A stretch of DNA of 62,790 nucleotides, the filler included, from an uncultured Methanosarcinales archaeon (GTDB lineage: Archaea; Nanobdellota; Nanobdellia; Woesearchaeales; CAYXTQ01), in NCBI GenBank assembly GCA_964608065.1. It is 8 parts of 8 records of this genome, joined end to end, with 100 filler letters (N's around TTAATTAATTAA, not from the genome) between each part and the next. Parts side by side here need not be neighbours in the genome. Positions count along the whole stretch, not along the records: positions 24,539 to 32,446 come from CAZSMA010000070.1; positions 32,547 to 40,351 come from CAZSMA010000071.1; 6 more parts are not named here. The stretch is one strand, 5' to 3'. The translations under genes were made by a program, and so were the position numbers. The stretch's first letter is position 1. Every line of letters starts with the position of its first letter. Under the pieces are notes generated by a model that saw only the letters and a program-made list of their open reading frames with translations, did no database searches and was not told where the DNA came from. Positions 27,171 through 36,722 of the stretch are shown here, in pieces.

Positions 27171-28105
27171 TGAAGAAGATAACATATGCAAAAGCAGGAG
27201 TGAATATAGACGCTGCAAACCTAGCTGTAAAAAAAATTAAAGGGATGGTTAAGAAAACATTTAACAAAAATGTTTTAGCAGATATTGGTTTGTTTGGTGG
27301 ATTATATCAAATAAATGAAAAGCAAGTTTTGGTTGCTAGTATGGATGGTGTTGGAACAAAATTAAAATTAGCTTTTAAGACTAATAAACATGATACAGTA
27401 GGGCAAGATTTAGTAAATCATTGTGTTAATGATGTCTTAGTTCAGGGAGCTATGCCTTTGTTTTTTCTTGATTATATTGCAACAGGAAAATTAAAGCCAA
27501 ATGTTGTTGCAAATATTGTAAAAGGCTTTGCTAAAGCCTGTAAAGAAAATAAGGTTGCTTTGATAGGTGGGGAAATAGCTGAGATGCCTGGAATGTATAA
27601 AAAAAATCATTATGATTTAGCTGGATGCATAGTTGGAGTTGCTGATAAGAAAAATATTATTACAGGTAAAAAAATAAAGCCAGGAGATAAAATATATGGA
27701 TTAAAATCCTCCGGCTTGCATACTAATGGTTATAGTTTAGTAAATAAATTGTTAGAAAAACATAAACTAGACATAAAAACATTAATGGTTCCTCACAAAA
27801 GCTATCTTAAAACAATAAAGCCTTACTTAAAACAGATAAAAGGTATGGCTCACATTACAGGTGGAGGATTTTATGATAATATTCCAAGGATATTGCCAAA
27901 GAATTGTTCTGCTTTAATCAACAAGAAATCATGGGCTATACCAAAAATAATTAGACAAATTCAGAAAGTATCAAAATTATCTGATAAAGAGATGTTCAGA
28001 ACATTTAACATGGGCATTGGGTTAGTTGTTATAGGTAAAAAAATTCCAGGTTCTATAGAAATTGGGAAAATAGTGAAAGGCAATAGGAAGGTTATAGTTA
28101 AATAG
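27170..28105 (+). CDS. purM: AIR synthetase (FGAM cyclo-ligase)
   Basis: YAKAGV, DGVGTK, HCVND, GLHTNGYSL, HITGGG, RTFNMGIG. Confidence 0.95.
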   Translation: MKKITYAKAGVNIDAANLAVKKIKGMVKKTFNKNVLADIGLFGGLYQINEKQVLVASMDGVGTKLKLAFKTNKHDTVGQDLVNHCVNDVLVQGAMPLFFLDYIATGKLKPNVVANIVKGFAKACKENKVALIGGEIAEMPGMYKKNHYDLAGCIVGVADKKNIITGKKIKPGDKIYGLKSSGLHTNGYSLVNKLLEKHKLDIKTLMVPHKSYLKTIKPYLKQIKGMAHITGGGFYDNIPRILPKNCSALINKKSWAIPKIIRQIQKVSKLSDKEMFRTFNMGIGLVVIGKKIPGSIEIGKIVKGNRKVIVK

Positions 28106-29048
28106 ATGTATTCAATATAGCGCGCGCTATGTGTTTTATTGAGGAGGAAGTCATCTTTAAGTTGTGAATTATTTCATATAGATTAGGGTTCTTTTTTTCA
28201 AAATATTCAATTGTATCTAATCTTTTTTTTGATTCTAACTCTATTTTTAATGCCAGGTTTAAGTCTTTTGTGTGGTATGATTTGATTGCATCTAAATATT
28301 TTTCCTTAATAAAAAATAATAACTTCTCCAATCCTTTTTCAGTTTTTGGTGTTAAATTTACTTTATCTAAGTCCCTACATATTCTCTTGATGCTATCTCC
28401 AATAGATTCTAAATAACCAATTATCTTCCAATCTCTAATAAGCTCTATAACTTTTTTATCAAATTTTTTCCTTACTTTTTCATTGTCAGATGCAAATCTT
28501 ATTACACGCTTTGTTAAGTAGACTAATCTATTGATTTCTATGTCTCTTTGAAATAGGCTTTCATATTGACTTTCATAAATACTTTTTATTAAGTCATCTA
28601 ACATTCCTCTGATAATCAAATCTATTCTTCTAATCAAAACCTTGATCGATATTTCTTCAATATTCATCAAGTCTCTTACAACTATTTTGTTGTTTGTTTC
28701 TTCTACTAACTCAATTCCTGCTAATTCTTTTAGTATTGATTTAATTTTAGTGGATTCTTTAGTTATATTTTCACCCCTGATCTCTATTATTTTGTAACCA
28801 GCAAGATATGCAGAAACAATCTCTGTTTGTATTTGGTCTAGTTTTTTGTCTTTTGTGTTAATCATAATTGCTCTTATCTGTTCGCTGTTTTCTTTTTTTA
28901 CTTCTTTTACAGTTAATTGTAATCCATCAAAGTTTTCGTCTATGTAAACTGTGTCTCCTTTGTGTAATTTTTTTTTTTTAATCCATTCGTTGGGTAATGA
29001 AACAACATGAGAGCTTTTTCCGAATTTTATTAGTTTTCTAAACTCCAT
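28098..29048 (-). CDS. AbrB + PhoU domain regulator
   Basis: RKLIKFGKSSHVVSLPNEW; IVSAYLAGY; LESIGD. Confidence 0.85.
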   Translation of the reverse strand: MEFRKLIKFGKSSHVVSLPNEWIKKKKLHKGDTVYIDENFDGLQLTVKEVKKENSEQIRAIMINTKDKKLDQIQTEIVSAYLAGYKIIEIRGENITKESTKIKSILKELAGIELVEETNNKIVVRDLMNIEEISIKVLIRRIDLIIRGMLDDLIKSIYESQYESLFQRDIEINRLVYLTKRVIRFASDNEKVRKKFDKKVIELIRDWKIIGYLESIGDSIKRICRDLDKVNLTPKTEKGLEKLLFFIKEKYLDAIKSYHTKDLNLALKIELESKKRLDTIEYFEKKNPNLYEIIHNLKMTSSSIKHIARAILNTSI

Positions 29049-29165
29049 AGTGACCAACCTCCTAAAAACATATAGTAAATATATACTATATATGGTATAT
29101 AGAATAAGTATATATATTTAAACGTTTCTATTATTCACAGTATAAATAGAAAGGGATGAGAAACT

Positions 29166-29276
29166 ATGGAGGATGATAGTATATATTCAGAAAGAACAAG
29201 GGAAGACCTTGTTGAAGAAGATGGACTAACTCCTGAAGAAGCTGCTTTTATGAGAGGTTATGAGGAAGCAGGTTAA
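29166..29276 (+). CDS. Acidic microprotein (36 aa)
   Basis: MEDDSIYSERTREDLVEEDGLTPEEAAFMRGYEEAG; purine-rich RBS; first of three abutting ORFs. Confidence 0.7.
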   Translation: MEDDSIYSERTREDLVEEDGLTPEEAAFMRGYEEAG

Positions 29277-29278
29277 AG

Positions 29279-29431
29279 ATGAAGCATGATTATATGGATT
29301 TGGATCAGGGAGAGATTCTTCTAGAGAGTCCTATTTACTGCGGTACTTGTATGGCTTCAATGAACCATGTAAAAAAAACAACTTTCAAATGTCCAAGCTG
29401 CGGAGTCTTGTATAATTATCAGATGAGGTAA
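29279..29431 (+). CDS. C4 zinc-finger microprotein (50 aa)
   Basis: CGTC..CPSCG. Confidence 0.65.
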   Translation: MKHDYMDLDQGEILLESPIYCGTCMASMNHVKKTTFKCPSCGVLYNYQMR

Positions 29432-29432
29432 A

Positions 29433-29567
29433 ATGAAGACTATTTGTTTGATTTGCGGTAATGCAATAACTAAAAGTTCACTGCACGATCCTTATTTATG
29501 TAGAACTTGCAGCAAAGAAGATGTAAATCCAGGACTTACTAAATACTGGTTAGATAGCAAACTATAA
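29433..29567 (+). CDS. C4 zinc-finger microprotein (44 aa)
   Basis: CLICG..LCRTC; GAGGT RBS. Confidence 0.65.
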   Translation: MKTICLICGNAITKSSLHDPYLCRTCSKEDVNPGLTKYWLDSKL

Positions 29568-29697
29568 TATCATATTCAACAATATGAGGTGATGAAAAAG
29601 ATTGGATAAGGGGGGCTTTATTGCCCTTCTTTCTTTCATTCTAAGACCTTTGAATTCAGGCTTTTTAGGCTCTGTAGATGTTGTTTTTAATCGAAAC

Positions 29698-29760
29698 CAA
29701 TGAAAATTTCTTAGCAATTTTCAAGCTTTGAAAATGCTCTGCATTTTCGAAAGTTTTATA
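29698..29760. repeat. Palindromic double-hairpin element abutting the gyrB promoter
   Basis: Reverse-complement homolog of 34381-34436. Confidence 0.75.
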
Positions 29761-29830
29761 AAGAAAAAGACATTATGATTCTGTATTCTTGGGGTAAAAT
29801 CTCGACGATAAATTCATAAAATTTAGTTAG

Positions 29831-31735
<1,905 letters not shown>

Positions 31736-31747
31736 AAGGAAAAGCAA

Positions 31748-31850
31748 CAAAAAACCCTTTTGTTTTTTGAGGTATTCTAAAACAAAGTTTTAGAAACTTA
31801 TGAAAATCAAAAGATTTTCAAAGTATTCGTAATTTTTCGAAATTACGAAA
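31748..31850. repeat. Array of four hairpins (palindromic element family) upstream of the rps3ae promoter
   Basis: CAAAAAAC/GTTTTTTG, TTCTAAAAC/GTTTTAGAA, TGAAAATC/GATTTTCA, TTCGTAATTT/AAATTACGAA. Confidence 0.75.
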
Positions 31851-31888
31851 CCTTTATAAACAAATCATAGTTTCTAAGCGTAATCAAA

Positions 31889-32446
31889 ATGGCAAAAGAT
31901 AAAACTGCAATAAAAGTAAAAAAAAAAAACTGGTATGAGATAGTTGCACCAAAGATGTTTGATGAAAGAGTTATAGGAGAAACTACAGTTTTAGAGCAAA
32001 GTGCGCTTATTGGAAAGCCTATCTTGGTTAATTTAATGAGTTTGACAAATGATCCAAAAAGGCAGAACATCAATATTAAGTTTAAAGTAGATAGTGTAAA
32101 GGAAAGCAAGGCTTACACTAAATTTATAGGTTATTATCTAAGTTATTCTTCTTTGAGAAGGATGATGAAAAGAGCTACTACAAGAATAGATGATTCATTT
32201 TTGGTTGAGACTTCTGATAATTTAAAGCTGAGGATAAAACCTTTCTTATTAACAAGAAAACCTATTACTGGCTCTGTATCAACTAATATGAGAAATTTAA
32301 CAAGAGAGTATATAATAAAACAAGTTAGTAAACTTACATATGAGAAATTAGTTTATGGTTTGGTTTCACATAACTTCCAGAGAGCTTTGAGTGCTTATAT
32401 GAAGAAAGTATATCCTTTAAGGACAAGTGAGATAAGGGAGATGTAT
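31889..32446 (+). CDS. rps3ae: 30S ribosomal protein S3Ae (3' truncated)
   Basis: KKKNWYEIVAPKMF..IGET..KVYPLRTSEIR. Confidence 0.9.
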
Positions 32447-33359
32447 NNNNNNNNNNNNNNNNNNNNNNNNNNNNNNNNNNNNNNNNNNNNTTAATTAATT
32501 AANNNNNNNNNNNNNNNNNNNNNNNNNNNNNNNNNNNNNNNNNNNNCCCATGAATTTATGGTTAATTTTATGTCATTTGGTTTTAAATAGATTTTTAGGT
32601 TGAAAAATATACTATAAATCACAGAAAATAAGTATCACACTCGATAAGTTGTTAATGGATTTAGAAGTTAGTTATCGACGATGAAATTGGAATTTTAAGA
32701 AACCACACTTAACTGGTTGTAACACATACGATTTATAAACCTAACTACGTCTATTTTTGCTACTTTTTTTGTATAACTATGTGTTTAATAATTTAGTGAA
32801 TTTCTCTTTTAAAAAATGAATATATATTGATAATGGATAAATAAGTGAGATGTAAACACAAGGGCTATCATCAGAATAGTTAGTTTGTTCATTTTTGTTT
32901 TGAATAAATCTGATCAAAAAAAAAAAACTACACCTCTTTTTGATTTAANNNNNNNNNNCAAAAATATTTTTTTTTTTTTTTTATTATTTTTTAAGAGTTT
33001 TTTATTTAAAAAAAAAAAAAAAAAAAACACCTCTTTTTGATTAAACCTCAATTTCCCATGATTTGATGGATTAATCTATAATAAACAATTATAAATACAT
33101 TTGCAGATTGCAAACTATATTAAAGAACACAGAAAAAAAGTGTCAACATTGAAAGAGTATTAATAATAATAATTTAGTTTTATAGTCGAAATAGAAAACA
33201 AAGATTAGGAATCACTTTAAGCAAGTCATATCAGTTAGAATTTATAAACTTAACTAACGGTTTTTTAATTACTTTTAATATATAACCTATTGTCTATGGA
33301 GTAAGTAATGATTTTATTGAATTTTCTCATCTATTTTTTTATTTTTTTTTTTTTTTTTT

Positions 33360-33474
33360 TTTTTTATTTTATTAATATTTTCAAGATAAAATTCAAATGG
33401 TTTCATTTTCTCTGTAAATAACCATCCGCACATAAATATCCAGGGATTGTTGATAAATTTCTATTAAATTTCAT
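33360..33474 (-). pseudogene. LAGLIDADG endonuclease remnant
   Basis: 33474-33403 encodes MKFNRNLSTIPGYLCADGYLQRK*; a shifted frame continues FEFYLENIN. Confidence 0.55.
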
Positions 33475-33518
33475 TTTACATCATAGTTCTAACTACTGTG
33501 AAACTATATAAATGGTTT

Positions 33519-33567
33519 TCATTTATATACCTCACGCACACTTGGCCAGTGCTATTTTTGGCAAGTG
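33519..33567. repeat. 49-bp dispersed repeat, copy 1 (copy 2 at 52157-52205)
   Basis: 42/49 identity by manual alignment. Confidence 0.8.
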
Positions 33568-33635
33568 AGGGTATAAAGAGAAAAAGCATAATTTGATAGT
33601 TGAATTATCTTTGTGTGATGTAAAATGTAAAAAAT

Positions 33636-34049
33636 TTAAATATCCAGACTAACAGTTACTTTGTACCCTTTTTCACTCTGCTCAAATTTATATTTATACA
33701 TTGTAACTGCTTTTACAACAGTTTCTCCTAACTCAGGTTTTATAGGTTCACCTTGTAACTCAGCTATTAAATGAGTTTCATCTATTTCCTTAATTTCAAA
33801 CTTAGAGAAAAACATCTGCTCTGTATCTACAATAGCAATCAAACTTTGCAGCCAGTTAAACATCAAATCTTCTGCATTCTCTGCTTTTACTTCAAACTTT
33901 TCTTTCTTATCAGGCTTTACTTCACCAACTTTGCATATTACAGTAAACAAAGCTAAAGCTGCATTTTCAAATAGTTCTTTTAAATCCTTTCCATAAGCTT
34001 CATATGCTACATCAGAGGTAATATTATCTAAAAACTTGTACTTAGCCAT
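33636..34049 (-). CDS. Archease
   Basis: TSDVAYEAYGKDLKELFENAALAL..VKAVT..VSLDI. Confidence 0.9.
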   Translation of the reverse strand: MAKYKFLDNITSDVAYEAYGKDLKELFENAALALFTVICKVGEVKPDKKEKFEVKAENAEDLMFNWLQSLIAIVDTEQMFFSKFEIKEIDETHLIAELQGEPIKPELGETVVKAVTMYKYKFEQSEKGYKVTVSLDI

Positions 34050-34050
34050 T

Positions 34051-34347
34051 TTAATGATACTCTATAATATCTGGAATTTCTTTTTCTTCTTCAACTTTTA
34101 CTTCATCATCACTTGTATTTTCATTATCTTCTATAGAAGGTGTTATTGGCTCTGCTCCAAACATATTAGAGAATGCATTTCCTCCAGAATCACTAGGTAT
34201 ATCATCTCCTAAACATGGAGGATCACTATCAAATATATTTGGCTGATTGCTGAAAGTCTCCCTTTCTCCAACTAAAGAAGACAGCATTTTAATTGCTCTT
34301 CTAATCTCTTCATGAGAATCCTCTTTTGTATCTATTGTGATTTTCAT
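34051..34347 (-). CDS. Acidic hypothetical protein
   Basis: MKITIDTKEDSHEEIRRAI..; own promoter. Confidence 0.65.
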   Translation of the reverse strand: MKITIDTKEDSHEEIRRAIKMLSSLVGERETFSNQPNIFDSDPPCLGDDIPSDSGGNAFSNMFGAEPITPSIEDNENTSDDEVKVEEEKEIPDIIEYH

Positions 34348-34380
34348 TTTAATTCACTAATAGAATTAAGATAATTTAAA

Positions 34381-34436
34381 CCTTTCGAAAATTCACAGAA
34401 TTTTCGGAAGCTTGAAAATTGTCTTAATTTTCATTG
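34381..34436. repeat. Palindromic double-hairpin element abutting a minus-strand promoter
   Basis: CGAAAATTC/GAATTTTCG and TGAAAATT/AATTTTCA; homolog of 29698-29760. Confidence 0.75.
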
Positions 34437-34450
34437 TTTTTGGTTTTAAA

Positions 34451-34732
34451 TGGGCCCAGCCGGACTTTCATGATTGATTGCGAGCGAATAGCGAGCACGT
34501 GAGACTTTATGTCTCACATTGCGTATCGATCGAGCGTAACCAATCGCTTTGAACCGGCGACCTTTGCCAATTTCGACGTTAGTCGGAATTCAGTGAATCT
34601 TCGATTCTAACGCATGTGAAGGCAATGTCATCTGTGGAACTGATTGCGAGCGTAAGCCGAGCACGTGAGGCTTTATGCCTCACCTTGCGTGTCAACCGAG
34701 CGTAACCAGTTGAGCCACTAGACTATAGGCCC
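34451..34732 (-). tRNA. tRNA-Val(CAC) with three introns (D-loop 20a/21: 34632-34712; 37/38: 34570-34614; T-loop 59/60: 34465-34547)
   Basis: Spliced 73-nt product GGGCCTATAGTCTAGTGGCTATGACATTGCCTTCACATGGCAAAGGTCGCCGGTTCAAATCCGGCTGGGCCCA folds as a cloverleaf; each junction forms a BHB or relaxed BHB. Confidence 0.92.
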
Positions 34733-34733
34733 A

Positions 34734-35483
34734 TTATTCAAACAAATTTTTATAATTCATAAAAATATTATTAGCAACTTCTTCCTTATCCATTTTTTTT
34801 ATTTCTGCAATTTTCTTTACTGATTCAATAATATTACAAGGTTCATTCCTTTTTCCAGGAAAAGGACTTAAATAAGGACTGTCTGTTTCTGTCAATATTT
34901 TATTGATATTAATCATACTAACTATTTTCTGAAACTGCTCACTTCTCACAACATTTGTTGGAATCGAGAAATAATAACCAAGCTTATCAGCTTTCTTGAC
35001 TAAATCAAAGTTTCCATTAAAACAATGCAGCACAACTTTAGCATTTGAAGATTCTAACAAATCCAAAGCATCTTTCTCAGCCATTCTTGAATGAACTATT
35101 AATGGTTTTTTTAATTTCTCTGCCAATTTTATGATTTTTTCAAATATTTTTTTTTGTCTATCATGCTCTTTTTTATCCCAATGGTAATCAAGTCCACCTT
35201 CTCCTATTGCAACAATCTTATCTTTATTCTTAGAAATAAACTCTAACTCTTCATCAACTTCTTCATCTTTCAATTTTAAAGCTTCAATAGGATACAATCC
35301 TAAAGCTGATTTCACAATATCATATTTCTTAGCTAACTCTAAAGTTTCTCTATTTTTTTTTATATCAATCCCATTATTGATTATAACTTTAACATTATTT
35401 CTTTTTGCATTATCTATAACTTTATCTAAATCATTCTTAAACTTACAATGATCCAAATGTGTGTGTACATCTACTAATAACAT
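34734..35483 (-). CDS. tatD: TatD family DNase
   Basis: DVHTHL, IGEGGLDY, IVHSR, LHCF, ETDSPYL, RNEP. Confidence 0.93.
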   Translation of the reverse strand: MLLVDVHTHLDHCKFKNDLDKVIDNAKRNNVKVIINNGIDIKKNRETLELAKKYDIVKSALGLYPIEALKLKDEEVDEELEFISKNKDKIVAIGEGGLDYHWDKKEHDRQKKIFEKIIKLAEKLKKPLIVHSRMAEKDALDLLESSNAKVVLHCFNGNFDLVKKADKLGYYFSIPTNVVRSEQFQKIVSMININKILTETDSPYLSPFPGKRNEPCNIIESVKKIAEIKKMDKEEVANNIFMNYKNLFE

Positions 35484-35607
35484 TTTACATTCACAAAAAC
35501 AACAACCTTTATAAACATTTGTAAATTCCTCAACGTTATGGATTTTATCAGAAAAAAAGGATCATAAGAATTCTCTAAATTAGTTTTGAGTCCATTAATA
35601 CAACGGA

Positions 35608-35764
35608 ATACCACCAATCTTGGATTGGTGGTATGAGTAGTGCTCGAAAACCACCCATTATTGGTGGAATTCCGAGCGTCAAAAACCGCTTGCATATGTT
35701 TGTGCGAACCTAGTCATGCCAAAATCTCTGACTGGTGGTTTTTGACATTTTAATTTTAGGAGGT
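35608..35764 (+). promoter_or_regulatory. Highly structured leader upstream of the DHS operon (candidate cis-regulatory RNA)
   Basis: 12-bp perfect hairpin, an internal-loop hairpin and a three-way junction ending 11 nt before the AGGAGGT RBS. Confidence 0.45.
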
Positions 35765-35768
35765 TAAT

Positions 35769-36668
35769 ATGAAATCTGTTAAACAAATAAAAATCACAAA
35801 AAACATGAAAGTCAATGATTTAGTCAAAGAAATGTCTAATGCTGGTGTCTTCGGAGGAGGAAGACTGGCAAAATCTGTAAATATAACAAAAAAGATGATT
35901 AATGATAAACAATGTAAAGTTTTCCTAGGAGCAGCTGGAGCATTAGTCCCTGCTGGAATGAGAGAAATATTAATTGATATGTTAAACAAAGGATATATTG
36001 ATGTTTTTGTCACAACAGGAGCTATGCTAACTCATGACTTAGTTGAAGCTTTAGGATTTAAACATTATCAGGGCAGTTGTAATGTTGATGATAAAAAACT
36101 GTTCAAACAAGGTATTGATCGCATTTACGAATCATTTATGTCGAACAAAGTCTATGAAGATTTAGAACTTTTTTTTTCAAAGAATTTCAATAAATTAAAA
36201 ACAAAAGAAAGCATCAAAGATTTTCTATGGGAAATAGGGAAATTAATTAACAAAAAATCAATTTTAAACACATGCTATAAAAAGAAAATTCCAATATTTT
36301 GCCCAGGTATTGCAGATTCTGGAATTGGATTGATGATTTGGGGAAATTTAGCAAAAGGCAAGTCATGTAATGTTAAAGCATTTGAGGATTTGAAAGAAAT
36401 ATTAGATATAGCATGGACAGCAAAGAAAACAGGAGTTATCTACCTTGGAGGCGGAGTGCCAAAAAACTACATACAGCAGGCAATGCAGTTCTCTAAAGGA
36501 GCTTCATATGGAGTACAAATCACAATGGACAGGCCTGAACCTGGAGGAAGCAGCGGAGCAGAGCTAAGGGAGGGTATCAGTTGGGGTAAATTAAGCAATA
36601 AAGCAGAGTTTGTAAATTTAATCTGTGATATAACAATTGCTCTGCCAATAATTTATTCATCACTATAA
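35769..36668 (+). CDS. Deoxyhypusine synthase-like protein 1
   Basis: GGGVPKNY, GGSSGA, EGISWGK, DITIALP. Confidence 0.9.
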   Translation: MKSVKQIKITKNMKVNDLVKEMSNAGVFGGGRLAKSVNITKKMINDKQCKVFLGAAGALVPAGMREILIDMLNKGYIDVFVTTGAMLTHDLVEALGFKHYQGSCNVDDKKLFKQGIDRIYESFMSNKVYEDLELFFSKNFNKLKTKESIKDFLWEIGKLINKKSILNTCYKKKIPIFCPGIADSGIGLMIWGNLAKGKSCNVKAFEDLKEILDIAWTAKKTGVIYLGGGVPKNYIQQAMQFSKGASYGVQITMDRPEPGGSSGAELREGISWGKLSNKAEFVNLICDITIALPIIYSSL

Positions 36669-36722
36669 AACAAAAAAGTTTTTATATGAAATTAGAATAT
36701 AAAACTACGACGAAAAAAAAAA

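Noticed and set aside
32930..33043. Repeat ACACCTCTTTTTGATT on both sides of a 10-N gap
   Set aside because: Most likely an unmerged scaffold overlap.
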